DNA of 64,000 nt. Source: Actinomycetota bacterium. GTDB lineage: Bacteria > Actinomycetota > Acidimicrobiia > Acidimicrobiales > Aldehydirespiratoraceae. The stretch lies in assembly GCA_029979265.1 (NCBI GenBank), contig JAPOHW010000010.1:44689-108688 (forward strand), in the 5' to 3' direction. How positions within the stretch are numbered: the first letter of the stretch is position 1; the number at the start of each line of letters is the position of its first letter. Made by a program: the position numbers and the translations under genes. This document shows positions 48,414 to 57,427 of the stretch, piece after piece. The notes beneath the pieces were generated by a model. That model saw nothing but the letters and a program-made list of their open reading frames with translations. It was not told the DNA's origin and did no database searches.

Positions 48414-48995
48414 ATGACCGATCTTGTCGATCGGCTGATCATTGTGATCTCCGGCCCGGGAGGGGTCGGCAAGGGCACGATTGTCGAGCAACTCCTCGAT
48501 CGCGATCCGGCGCTATGGCTGTCGCAGAGTTGGACCACCCGGGAACGCCGCCCGGGTGAACCGATCGATGCATATCACTTCACCGACGCCGAGCGGTTCC
48601 GTGCGCATGTCGATGCCGACGGCTTCCTGGAGTGGGTCGAGTTTCTCGATTACCTGCAGGGAACTCCCGTGCCGATCCCTCCGGACGGACACGACGTGGT
48701 GTTCGAGATCGACGTCCACGGAGCCCGGCAGATCAGGGAACGGTACCTCGATGCTCTGCTCGTGTTCGTCGCTGCTCCCTCCAGCGCTGCACAGGAGGAG
48801 CGGCTGCGGGGGAGGGGCGATCCCGAGGAGAAGATCGAGGCTCGCCTGGCGAAGGCGGCAGAGGAGACTGCGATGGCGTCAGAAATCGGTATGCAGTTCG
48901 TGGTGAACGACGACCTGAACCGGGCGATCACCGAGATCGAGGAACTGATCGAGGCCGGACGACGATCGCGTCGGTCCCCGAAGCCTCGCTGCTAG
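48414..48995 (+). CDS. gmk: Guanylate kinase
   Basis: P-loop ISGPGGVGKGTIV. SWTTRERRPGE. Confidence 0.92.
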   Translation: MTDLVDRLIIVISGPGGVGKGTIVEQLLDRDPALWLSQSWTTRERRPGEPIDAYHFTDAERFRAHVDADGFLEWVEFLDYLQGTPVPIPPDGHDVVFEIDVHGARQIRERYLDALLVFVAAPSSAAQEERLRGRGDPEEKIEARLAKAAEETAMASEIGMQFVVNDDLNRAITEIEELIEAGRRSRRSPKPRC

Positions 48996-48998
48996 CCT
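48993..48998 (+). promoter_or_regulatory. -10-like box TAGCCT(GAG) upstream of rpoZ (leadered, about 27 nt)
   Basis: GCTAGCCTGAG. The hexamer contains the gmk TAG stop. GGAG lies downstream. Confidence 0.4.
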
Positions 48999-49025
48999 GA
49001 GCATTCGGCTGACGCAACGGAGACC

Positions 49026-49355
49026 ATGATGGCCCACGGCTACGACACCATGATGAACCCCTCGATCGAGGAACTTCTCGAGGAGACCGGTTCGAAGTTC
49101 CGTCTTGTGTCGCTCTCGGCGATGCGGTCGCGAGAAATCACGAATTATCACGGCGGACTCGGCCAGGGTGCTGGGTCCGACGTTCCGCCGCAGGTCACCA
49201 GCACCGCCGCGAAGCCGCTGTCGATCGCCTTCGAGGAGATCGCAGCCGAGAAGATCATCTCCATCGAGATCGATCCCGAAGCCGAGGCCGAGGCCGCCTT
49301 GCTCGCCGCTGCGGAGGCTGCCGCAGCAGCCGAACTCGGCGACGACTCCGCCTGA
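49026..49355 (+). CDS. rpoZ: DNA-directed RNA polymerase subunit omega
   Basis: PSIEELLEETGSKFRLVSLSAMRSREI. ATG 49029 is an equally plausible start (GGAG spacing). Confidence 0.9.
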   Translation: MMAHGYDTMMNPSIEELLEETGSKFRLVSLSAMRSREITNYHGGLGQGAGSDVPPQVTSTAAKPLSIAFEEIAAEKIISIEIDPEAEAEAALLAAAEAAAAAELGDDSA

Positions 49356-49368
49356 CCCAGTCACACTG

Positions 49369-50562
49369 ATGGGCGCGCTCACCGGGAAACGCATCGTTCT
49401 CGGCGTCACCGGAGGAATCGCGGCCTACAAGGCGGTCGAGGTCTGTCGGCGCTTGGTCGAGGCGGGTGCGCATGTGCAGCCGGTCATGACCGATGGTGCG
49501 CTCGAGATGGTTGGCGCCACCACGTTCTCTGCATTGGCCAGCGAACCGGTCAAAACCTCGCTCTTCGACGACCCGGAGACACCGATTCCTCATACGCGGA
49601 TGGGGCAGGCCGCTGATCTCGTGCTTGTCTGTCCGGCAACGGCTCGGATCATCTCCGACATCCGGACCGGTCGCTCAGCCGATCTGTTGATGAGCACCAT
49701 CCTCGCAACCCGCGCGCCGGTCGTCGTGTGCCCGGCGATGCACACCGAGATGTGGGAACAGCCTGCAGTCCAGGAGAATCTCGACGTGATCGAGCGGCGC
49801 GGCGTGTCGATCGTGCCACCCGAACGCGGGCGTCTCGCCGGGGGAGACACCGGTGATGGACGACTGGCCGACCCGGCCACGGTGGTCGCCCACGTCGAGC
49901 GCGCCCTCACCGAACACGACTTGGCTGGTCGTCACGTGCTCGTGACGGCAGGTGGAACTCGCGAACCCATCGACCCGGTTCGTGTCATCAGCAACAAGTC
50001 CACCGGCAAACAGGGGTATGCCGTTGCCGCCGAAGCCTGGGCTCGAGGCGCCCGGGTCACCCTTGTGACGACAGTCGAAACCCCCGAGCCGGTCGGGGTC
50101 CATCGGGTCGACGTGCAGACGGCAGCGGACATGCAACGAGCAGTCGAGTCGATCGACGATGCCGACATCATCGTCATGGCTGCCGCAGTCGCCGACTTCC
50201 GTCCGGCCGATCCCGCCGACCACAAACTCAAGAAGACCGATGGGGCCGCCCCAGAGATCCCGCTCGAGAAAACACACGACTTCCTTGTCGATCTCGGCGA
50301 AAAGAAGCCTGACGGTCAGGTCCTGGTCGGTTTCGCAGCCGAGACCGACGATCTGGTCGGCAACGCCCGGGCCAAGCTCGAACGCAAGAAGCTCGACCTG
50401 ATCGTGGCGAACGACGTCTCACAACCCGGTGTCGGCTTCGGGTACGACACCAACGAGGTGGTCATCATTCAGGCTGATGGCAGCTGCGAACACGTTCCCC
50501 TCACCGACAAGCGCGACGTTGCCCGGCGCGTGCTAGACACCGCAGCGAACAAGCTCGGCTGA
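49369..50562 (+). CDS. coaBC: Bifunctional phosphopantothenoylcysteine decarboxylase / synthetase
   Basis: GVTGGIAAYKAVE, VTAGGTREPIDPVRVISNKSTGKQG. In-frame part of ORF 49105-50562. Confidence 0.92.
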   Translation: MGALTGKRIVLGVTGGIAAYKAVEVCRRLVEAGAHVQPVMTDGALEMVGATTFSALASEPVKTSLFDDPETPIPHTRMGQAADLVLVCPATARIISDIRTGRSADLLMSTILATRAPVVVCPAMHTEMWEQPAVQENLDVIERRGVSIVPPERGRLAGGDTGDGRLADPATVVAHVERALTEHDLAGRHVLVTAGGTREPIDPVRVISNKSTGKQGYAVAAEAWARGARVTLVTTVETPEPVGVHRVDVQTAADMQRAVESIDDADIIVMAAAVADFRPADPADHKLKKTDGAAPEIPLEKTHDFLVDLGEKKPDGQVLVGFAAETDDLVGNARAKLERKKLDLIVANDVSQPGVGFGYDTNEVVIIQADGSCEHVPLTDKRDVARRVLDTAANKLG

Positions 50563-50580
50563 CCACCCAGGAGCACAGCA

Positions 50581-51783
50581 GTGACCCGTTGGACCTTCAC
50601 TTCCGAGAGCGTTTCGGAGGGCCATCCCGACAAAATGGCCGACCAGATCTCTGACGCCATCCTCGACGAGATGCTTGCGCAGGATCCGATGAGTCGAGTT
50701 GCCTGCGAAACGCTCGTCACGACGGGCCTGGCAGTGATCGCCGGTGAGATCACCACGGAGGCGTACGTCGACATTCCCGGCACTGTCCGGCGAACGATCA
50801 ACGAGATCGGCTACGACAACGAGGCCTTCGGCTATGACGGCAACACCTGTGGCGTGATGGTCACGCTCGACGAGCAGTCACCCGACATCTCGCAGGGTGT
50901 CTCGGCGTCGGAGGAAGTGCGTTCCGGAGCGGTTGGCGAGGACGACCAACTCGACCAGCAGGGGGCCGGCGATCAGGGAATGATGTTCGGCTACGCCTGT
51001 GACGAGACCGACGCACTCATGCCGCTGCCGATCCACCTCGCTCATCGCATGGCCGAAAAGCATGCTGAGGTGCGCAAAGCCGGGACGATTCCGTACCTGC
51101 GGCCGGATGCCAAGACCCAGGTCACGTTCGAGTACGAGGACAACCGACCGGTTCGACTCAAGACGGTGCTCGTCTCGACGCAACACAACGACGGCATCGA
51201 CCGTGATTCGATGATTCGGCCTGATCTGATCGAGCACGTGATTCGGCCGGTGATTCCAGAGGAATTTGCCGATGACGATTACGACGTGCACGTCAATCCG
51301 ACCGGCCGTTTCGTGATCGGTGGCCCGGTCGGTGACGCAGGTCTCACCGGCCGCAAGATCATCGTCGACACCTACGGCGGCATGGCGCGTCACGGCGGTG
51401 GCGCCTTCTCGGGCAAGGATCCGTCGAAGGTGGATCGATCAGCGGCCTACGCCACCCGATGGGTGGCGAAGAATCTTGTGGCCGCAGGTGCTGCGAGCCG
51501 TTGCGAGATTCAGGTTGCCTATGCCATCGGCATGGCCCGACCGATGTCTGTACTGGTCGAGACGTTCGGTACCGAGACGGTCGACAAGGCGGCGATCGAG
51601 AAGGCTGTCGACGAGGTCTTCGATCTGCGGCCCGGAGCGATCCTGCGAGATCTCGATCTGCGTCGGCCGATCTATCGAACATCCGCGGCGTACGGCCACT
51701 TCGGTCGAGAAGCCACTGAAGGTCTGTTCCCGTGGGAGAAGACCGATCGCGTCGACGACGTGAAGTCGGCGCTGGGCCTCTGA
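50581..51783 (+). CDS. metK: S-adenosylmethionine synthase
   Basis: [36 protein letters not shown] before GTG 50581. Confidence 0.96.
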   Translation: MTRWTFTSESVSEGHPDKMADQISDAILDEMLAQDPMSRVACETLVTTGLAVIAGEITTEAYVDIPGTVRRTINEIGYDNEAFGYDGNTCGVMVTLDEQSPDISQGVSASEEVRSGAVGEDDQLDQQGAGDQGMMFGYACDETDALMPLPIHLAHRMAEKHAEVRKAGTIPYLRPDAKTQVTFEYEDNRPVRLKTVLVSTQHNDGIDRDSMIRPDLIEHVIRPVIPEEFADDDYDVHVNPTGRFVIGGPVGDAGLTGRKIIVDTYGGMARHGGGAFSGKDPSKVDRSAAYATRWVAKNLVAAGAASRCEIQVAYAIGMARPMSVLVETFGTETVDKAAIEKAVDEVFDLRPGAILRDLDLRRPIYRTSAAYGHFGREATEGLFPWEKTDRVDDVKSALGL

Positions 51784-51860
51784 GCGACCCAGACCAGGGC
51801 CGACTGGCGCTCGGCGACGACGCTGGGCCTGCCCTGGCCGATCCGCCCCATGAGACCGAT

Positions 51861-53594
51861 GTGTCTGATGCGCGGGTCGTCCGTGTCTTGCCCGATGTGG
51901 TGGGGATCGATCGCGAGTTCGACTATCTGGTGCCGCCGGCGTGGGTCGAAGACGGCCGAGTCGAACGACTCGATGTCGGGTCGATGGTTCGGATCCCACT
52001 CTCGGGCCGCCGCGTCGCAGGTTGGGTCACCGCCGTCGACGTCGATCCGGCTCCAGATGTGCGGCTGGTGCCGCTTGCGAAGCTGTCGGGAACCGGTCCA
52101 CCGAGGGAACTGATCGACCTCGCAGGATGGGCGGCATGGCGCTGGGCCGGCCGCAGGGTCGCATTCCTGCGTGCTGCGTCACCCGAACGGATGGTGGCCG
52201 CAGTTCCTCGTCGCCGTCCACCGCCGACGGTGCCGACCGGACCGCGTGATGTCTTCGATGAGGCGTTCGAGCACGGTGTCGCCACCGTTCGGGTCGCTCC
52301 GGACGACGACGGCTACGACGTTGCGCTCGCTGCGTGTCGGCGTGGCGATGCGCTCATCGTGACCGCCGACGTTCGTCGGGCTCGTCACCTCGCCGTGGCC
52401 CTCCGCCGCGCCGGTATCGCCGTGGCGCTCGCTCCCGACGACTGGGCGGTCGCGGCCGGAGGTGCGACCGTCGTGGGGACTCGGTCTGCGGCCTGGATGC
52501 CGATGCCCGATCTCGCCGCAGTGGTCGTGATCGACGAACACGACGAGCGACTCAAGGAGGAACGAACGCCGGCATGGCACGCACGCGATGTCGTGCTCGA
52601 ACGAGCCCGTCGGGCCGGGGTGCCGACGGTCCTCACCTCGCCGGTTCCGTCGCTGGAAGCGTTGCGAGCCGGCCCCCTCCTTCGTCGCGAGCGGTCTGTC
52701 GAACGAAACGACTGGCCGATCATCGACGTCCTCGATCGCCGTCTCGACGATCCGGCGAAGGCGGGTCTCTTTGCCGAACGCCTGATGTCGTATCTGCCTC
52801 CCGACAAACGGATCGTGTGTGTGCTGAATCGCACGGGACGCGCCCGTCTCCTCGCATGTGGCTCGTGTGGTGAGCTCGTGCGGACCGAGGACGGCTCATC
52901 GATCATGCGTCTCGACGACGACGAACTCGTGAGCATCGACGGTTCGGAGCGTCGCCCGATCGTGTGTATCGATTGCGGCTCGACCAGGCTGAAGACGCTG
53001 CGGATCGGTGTCGAGCGGGCCGCCGAGGAACTGGCGGCATTGATCGGGGAGCCGGTGGACGAGGTCACGGCAACCAGCGAGCGAGATCCGACCTCCCGAG
53101 TCGTCATCGGGACCGAAGCTGTCCTGCACCGAACGATCGAGTCCGATGTGGTGGTCTTTCTCGACTTCGATCAGGAGTTGCTCGCCGTGCGGCAGCGGGC
53201 TGCCGAGCAGGCCATGGCAATCCTTGCCCACGCAGCTCGGCTCACCGGTGGTCGTCACACGGGGGGACGCATCATCGTGCAGACGCGCCAACCCGACCAT
53301 GACGTCATCGCCGCAGCCCGCAAAGGTGATCCTGCCGTCGTTGCGATCGCCGAGCGGGATCGCCGCAAGGCATTGATGCTGCCGCCCTACGGCGCGCAGG
53401 TAGCGCTGAGTGGCGCAGGTGCTGCGGAGATGGTCGAGTCCTTCGGTGACGTCGAAGGAGTACAGGTGCGTGGACCGGTCGACGAACGGTGGTTGATCCG
53501 AGCCGAGCACCACGCCCCGGTCCTCGATCGCCTCAGCGAACTTCCCCGGCCTGCCGCCCGCGTGCGGATCGAAGTCGATCCGCTGCGAGTATGA
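51861..53594 (+). CDS. priA: Primosomal protein N' (PriA), helicase motifs degenerate
   Basis: N-terminal VVRVLPDVVGIDREFDYLVP, VVIDEHDE (motif II-like), and a CxxC...CxxC zinc module (ACGSCG...CIDCG). No GxGKT Walker A is visible. The start is uncertain (GTG 51861 or GTG 51732). Confidence 0.8.
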   Translation: MSDARVVRVLPDVVGIDREFDYLVPPAWVEDGRVERLDVGSMVRIPLSGRRVAGWVTAVDVDPAPDVRLVPLAKLSGTGPPRELIDLAGWAAWRWAGRRVAFLRAASPERMVAAVPRRRPPPTVPTGPRDVFDEAFEHGVATVRVAPDDDGYDVALAACRRGDALIVTADVRRARHLAVALRRAGIAVALAPDDWAVAAGGATVVGTRSAAWMPMPDLAAVVVIDEHDERLKEERTPAWHARDVVLERARRAGVPTVLTSPVPSLEALRAGPLLRRERSVERNDWPIIDVLDRRLDDPAKAGLFAERLMSYLPPDKRIVCVLNRTGRARLLACGSCGELVRTEDGSSIMRLDDDELVSIDGSERRPIVCIDCGSTRLKTLRIGVERAAEELAALIGEPVDEVTATSERDPTSRVVIGTEAVLHRTIESDVVVFLDFDQELLAVRQRAAEQAMAILAHAARLTGGRHTGGRIIVQTRQPDHDVIAAARKGDPAVVAIAERDRRKALMLPPYGAQVALSGAGAAEMVESFGDVEGVQVRGPVDERWLIRAEHHAPVLDRLSELPRPAARVRIEVDPLRV

Positions 53595-54151
53595 CGGGGA
53601 TGTCTCTGAGCCTCCGCCGTCGACGCCTCGTTCTGGTCTTGTTGCTGTTGCTCGGGATCGTCGGTTTCCTGGTGCTGATCACTGCTCCCGACGAGGGCCC
53701 ACCCCTCACGCCGGTCGTCACCGAGGAAGGCTTGGTCACCGAAGTGCCCGAGGGTTGGGAGCGCAGTGAGCAGTTTGCGTTCCAGTTTCATCCGCCCTCG
53801 GGACTGGCCGAGGTGTTCGATCGCTGGACGGTGGCTCGCTCGTGTGGACCAGAGGGCTGCTCGACACGCACGCTCGACGAGTGGCTCGATGTCGCCGTCA
53901 CGCTGCCCACGTTCGTCCAGGCGCTTGCCCCGACTTCGGAGCTCGAGATCATCGAGGACGAGATCGCCGCCGATCATCGAACGATGGTCACCCGTAGCGC
54001 CGCCGGTGGCGCCATCGTGTTCGTCGCAGCGTTCGGCGACGGACGTGAGTTCTACGTCGAGTGCGGGCTCTCTCTCAGCCCTGGCGGCGACGTCCGCTTG
54101 ATCGACGCCATCGTCGATGTGTGTCGAGCAACGCAGAGCGTCTCGGGTTAG
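53591..54151 (+). CDS. Hypothetical membrane-anchored/exported protein with four Cys
   Basis: ATGA overlap with the priA stop. N-terminal RRRR plus a hydrophobic helix (LVLVLLLLLGIVGFLVLI). High GC3. No family recognised. Confidence 0.55.
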   Translation: MTGMSLSLRRRRLVLVLLLLLGIVGFLVLITAPDEGPPLTPVVTEEGLVTEVPEGWERSEQFAFQFHPPSGLAEVFDRWTVARSCGPEGCSTRTLDEWLDVAVTLPTFVQALAPTSELEIIEDEIAADHRTMVTRSAAGGAIVFVAAFGDGREFYVECGLSLSPGGDVRLIDAIVDVCRATQSVSG

Positions 54152-54852
54152 ACCCCCAGCCAGCGCCTGAGGCGTTCGTGCAAGGGCCGGTAGGCGGCGA
54201 TCGACCGAAGGACATCGGCACGAAGCGCGGTTTGGTGGTGCTCGCGTCGTCCCAACTGCTCGGTCGGCAACATGATCACAGCGGGCTGGTAGGCGAGGAC
54301 CTCCGACGTGTGCCGAGGTTCGACAACATTGCCGAGCAGGTCGAGCACGGTGAGATCGTGCCGGTTCGAGATTCGCGTGAGCGCGTGCGGTGCGGCGCAG
54401 TACTCGAAGCCGATCGTGGGTCGGTCGCGAGCAATGACGGTGGTTGCTCCCTCGAGCACGTCGGGAGAGTTGCCACCGGCCGATACGCGAAGGAACGAGA
54501 CCGGCCTCGGCAGCGTCCAGTCGTCGAGGCGATCGGTGTCGCGGTCGTCACCCTGTTCGGTCTCCGCTCCAAGCGCGACCTGCACGACCGTCATGCCCCG
54601 TTTCCGGGACCACTGAAAGCGCAGTTTCGCCGCCGTCTTCGGGTCCGGTTCGACGAGGAACACCTGGGAGGGTCGGGCATATCGTCGAAGACGACGGCTC
54701 TGAAGACCCTCACCCGCTCCGACATCGATCACCAGTGCATCGGGTGGCATGTAGGACCGGTAGTTGATGGTGATGACCCGATCCCAGTCGATCGACGCAG
54801 ATGCCCGCCCCTGCCGATCGCGCAGCAAGGCGATGTCGTCGATCGCACTCAC
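54148..54852 (-). CDS. FkbM-like class I SAM-dependent methyltransferase
   Basis: SAM motif I VIDVGAGEG, and an FkbM-like block FLRVSAGGNSPDVLEGATTVIARDRPTIGFEY. GTG 54852 overlaps the upstream gene stop (GTGA). C-terminal part of ORF 54148-55329. Confidence 0.65.
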   Translation of the reverse strand: MSAIDDIALLRDRQGRASASIDWDRVITINYRSYMPPDALVIDVGAGEGLQSRRLRRYARPSQVFLVEPDPKTAAKLRFQWSRKRGMTVVQVALGAETEQGDDRDTDRLDDWTLPRPVSFLRVSAGGNSPDVLEGATTVIARDRPTIGFEYCAAPHALTRISNRHDLTVLDLLGNVVEPRHTSEVLAYQPAVIMLPTEQLGRREHHQTALRADVLRSIAAYRPLHERLRRWLGV

Positions 54853-55376
54853 GTTCTGGACCAGCTCCGCCGTCGGACCTCGTAGAGCGCGATTGCCGCC
54901 GCGGATGCAACGTTGAGGCTGCCGACCTTGCCGAGCTGCGGAATGAAACCGATCGTGTCGCTGGCGGCGAGGGTCGCCGTGGTGCAGCCTCGATCTTCGT
55001 GCCCGAGTACCACGGCCACGTCGGGCTCCATCGAGATCTCGTGGAGCGGTGCAGCGGTGTCGGTGAGCTCGACTGCGATGATCTGGTAACCGTCGGCTCG
55101 CGCTGCCTCCACCGCGTCGACCCCGGATTCGAACATCGTCCAGGAGAGATAGCGGGCGGTGCCGAGTGCGGTTTTGTTGACCTTGGCATGACTCGGCGGC
55201 GTTCCTCCGCCGATGTAGAGGTGGTCGACCCGCTCGGCGGCTGCGGTACGCACGATCGACCCCACGTTGAACGGATTGGCCACATTGTCGAGCACCAGCG
55301 CGAGACGCCCCTCTGTGCGTTGACGCCATGCCCGATGGAGTCGCTTCATGCCGGTGCCGTCGAGTTGACCCATCAT
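54849..55376 (-). CDS. TrmH/SpoU family RNA 2'-O-methyltransferase
   Basis: LVLDNVANPFNVGSIVRTAAA, VVLGHEDRG, IPQLGKVGSLNVASAAAIALYE. Confidence 0.8.
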   Translation of the reverse strand: MMGQLDGTGMKRLHRAWRQRTEGRLALVLDNVANPFNVGSIVRTAAAERVDHLYIGGGTPPSHAKVNKTALGTARYLSWTMFESGVDAVEAARADGYQIIAVELTDTAAPLHEISMEPDVAVVLGHEDRGCTTATLAASDTIGFIPQLGKVGSLNVASAAAIALYEVRRRSWSRT

Positions 55377-55984
55377 CGTTCCCCCGGTCTCACCTCGAGG
55401 ATACGGAATCCGGCCCGGCTCTTGATCCGTTCGACGCCGTAGCCGTCACGACGAAGCCATGCGGCGAGCGAGTCGCTCCCGAGATGTTTCTGCACGACCA
55501 GATGGGCACAGCCGTTCGGCATCAGCCGAGGCAGCCAGCGTTGCAGCAGTTCGTGAAGTGCCGGTTTGCCGATCCGAATCGGCGGGTTCGACAAGATTCG
55601 ATCGAACCGCACATCGGCTGGAACACCATCGGGTTCGACCACACGAATCTGGTCCTCGGCACCGATGGAGGCTGCATTGCGCGCAGTGAGGTGCCGCGCC
55701 CGCTCGTTGACATCCACCGCCCACACGGCGGTATGCGGCGCTCGGGCCGCCACGACACACGCAATGGGGCCCCAGCCGCACCCGAGGTCCAGCACCGTGC
55801 GATCAGCTGCGGTGAGGGGCGGCGCCTCGAGGAGCAGGAACTTGGTCCCCCCATCGAGGTGATCGGCGGAGAACACACCCCGGTCTGCGGTCAGGGTGAA
55901 TGCCACATCGGGGAGTGCGACGTCGACGGGCCGGGGTTCTGACCCGACTGAGGGGTCGCCGGCGAAGTAGTGACCGCTGCTCAC
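55373..55984 (-). CDS. RsmC/RsmD-like (MTS domain) SAM-dependent methyltransferase
   Basis: VLDLGCGWGPI, ILSNPPIRIG (NPPxH/R-type motif IV). The GTG start has TACCGT 7 nt upstream on the minus strand. Confidence 0.8.
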   Translation of the reverse strand: MSSGHYFAGDPSVGSEPRPVDVALPDVAFTLTADRGVFSADHLDGGTKFLLLEAPPLTAADRTVLDLGCGWGPIACVVAARAPHTAVWAVDVNERARHLTARNAASIGAEDQIRVVEPDGVPADVRFDRILSNPPIRIGKPALHELLQRWLPRLMPNGCAHLVVQKHLGSDSLAAWLRRDGYGVERIKSRAGFRILEVRPGER

Positions 55985-55991
55985 GGGTCCG

Positions 55992-55997
55992 ACGGTA
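55992..55997 (-). promoter_or_regulatory. -10-like box TACCGT (minus strand), 7 nt before GTG 55984
   Basis: The reverse complement of 55992-55997 is TACCGT, followed by cggaccc-GTG. Confidence 0.45.
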
Positions 55998-56012
55998 GCG
56001 GGCGTGGATCGC

Positions 56013-56018
56013 TAGCCT
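56013..56018 (+). promoter_or_regulatory. -10-like box TAGCCT(GAG), 6 nt before def ATG
   Basis: CGCTAGCCTGAG-acc-ATG. Confidence 0.5.
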
Positions 56019-56024
56019 GAGACC

Positions 56025-56552
56025 ATGGCAGCGTATGACATTCGAGTCATCGGCGATCCGGTGCTCCGCCAGCGAGCGAAGGAGATCACCGACGTCGACG
56101 ACAGGCTGGTGCGGTTGGTCGACGACATGCTCGACACGATGTACGCCGCGCCCGGAATCGGTCTGGCTGCACCGCAGGTCGGAGTCAACAAGCGCCTCTT
56201 CGTGTGGGACATCGGCGAGGGCCCATTCGCGATGATCAATCCGGAGATCCGAGAAACCGACGGTGAATGGGTCTTCGAAGAGGGTTGTCTGTCGGTCCCC
56301 GGTCTGTCGTGGGAGATCGTGCGTCCGAAGACGATTCATATCGTCGGTCGCGATCTCGACGGCAACGAACTCGAGTACGAGGCCGACGAGCTCGAGTCGC
56401 GCATGTTCCAGCACGAGTTGGATCACCTCGACGGCACGCTGCTGATCGAGCGACTCGACGACGACACCAGGAAGGCTGCGCTGAAAACACTCCGGGAACT
56501 CCAGATCGGGCGTCCCGAGAGGCCCGCGACGGGCGGCTTGACACTCCCGTGA
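56025..56552 (+). CDS. def: Peptide deformylase
   Basis: GIGLAAPQVG, EGCLSVPG, HELDHLDG. Confidence 0.96.
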   Translation: MAAYDIRVIGDPVLRQRAKEITDVDDRLVRLVDDMLDTMYAAPGIGLAAPQVGVNKRLFVWDIGEGPFAMINPEIRETDGEWVFEEGCLSVPGLSWEIVRPKTIHIVGRDLDGNELEYEADELESRMFQHELDHLDGTLLIERLDDDTRKAALKTLRELQIGRPERPATGGLTLP

Positions 56553-57427
56553 GCATTGCCCCGCCGGCGAGCGTCCGGCGGATCGCGTACCTCGGTTCGC
56601 CCGATCTCGCCGTGCGACCCCTGCGCTCCCTCGTGGACGCAGGCTATGAGATCCCGCTCGTGGTCTCGATGCCGGACCGCCGACGGGGCCGCGGCAACGA
56701 GTTGATGCCGACGGCGGTCAAGGTCGCAGCGGTCGACCTCGGGCTTCGGGTCACGTCGGACCTCACCGATCTTGCCGACCTGGTCGAGAACCACAGCGTC
56801 GATCTTGCCGTGGTCGTTGCCTACGGACGCATCATCCCGGCGTCGCTGCTGCAGAAACTTGCGTTCGTGAACCTTCATTTCTCGCTTCTGCCCCGCTGGC
56901 GGGGTGCCGCTCCGGTCGAACGCGCACTGCTCGCCGGCGATGAGCGCACTGGCGTTTGCCTCATGGATCTCGACGTCGAACTCGACACCGGTGCGGTGTA
57001 CCGCCGCACAGAAACAGAGATCGAGCCCGATGAAACGCTCGAGGAGCTTCGAGATCGACTGGTCGAGATCGGCTCTGCGCAACTCCTCGGCGCACTCGAG
57101 GAGGGGTTCGGGGAACCGACACCCCAAGAGGGTGATCCCGTGTATGCCCACAAGATCTCCGTCGACGAACGCAAGATCGACTGGGGGCAACCAGCGTCGG
57201 CCATCCACCGACAGGTCCGCGTCGGCGGGGCGTTCACCACGTGGCAGGGCAAACGGTTCAAGATCCACCGAACCCGCCTCACAGCCGGTGACGGCGTCCT
57301 CGTCGTCCCCACTGGATCCGGTGACCTCGAACTGCTCGAGGTCCAGCCCGAGGGCAAGTCGCGCATGGCTGGCGGCGCGTGGGCCAACGGGGCACGGTGG
57401 CGTCGCGAGCATCGGTTCGGCTCGTGA
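56549..57427 (+). CDS. fmt: Methionyl-tRNA formyltransferase
   Basis: IAYLGSPDLAV..., HFSLLPRWRGAAPVERA. GTGA overlap with def. In-frame part of ORF 56267-57427. Confidence 0.9.
   Translation: MSIAPPASVRRIAYLGSPDLAVRPLRSLVDAGYEIPLVVSMPDRRRGRGNELMPTAVKVAAVDLGLRVTSDLTDLADLVENHSVDLAVVVAYGRIIPASLLQKLAFVNLHFSLLPRWRGAAPVERALLAGDERTGVCLMDLDVELDTGAVYRRTETEIEPDETLEELRDRLVEIGSAQLLGALEEGFGEPTPQEGDPVYAHKISVDERKIDWGQPASAIHRQVRVGGAFTTWQGKRFKIHRTRLTAGDGVLVVPTGSGDLELLEVQPEGKSRMAGGAWANGARWRREHRFGS

Noticed and set aside
54853-55329. Upstream part of the 393-aa minus-strand ORF 54148-55329
   Set aside because: It overlaps, in another frame, the well-supported TrmH/SpoU gene (54849-55376). The translation is Arg-rich nonsense until the GTG at 54852.
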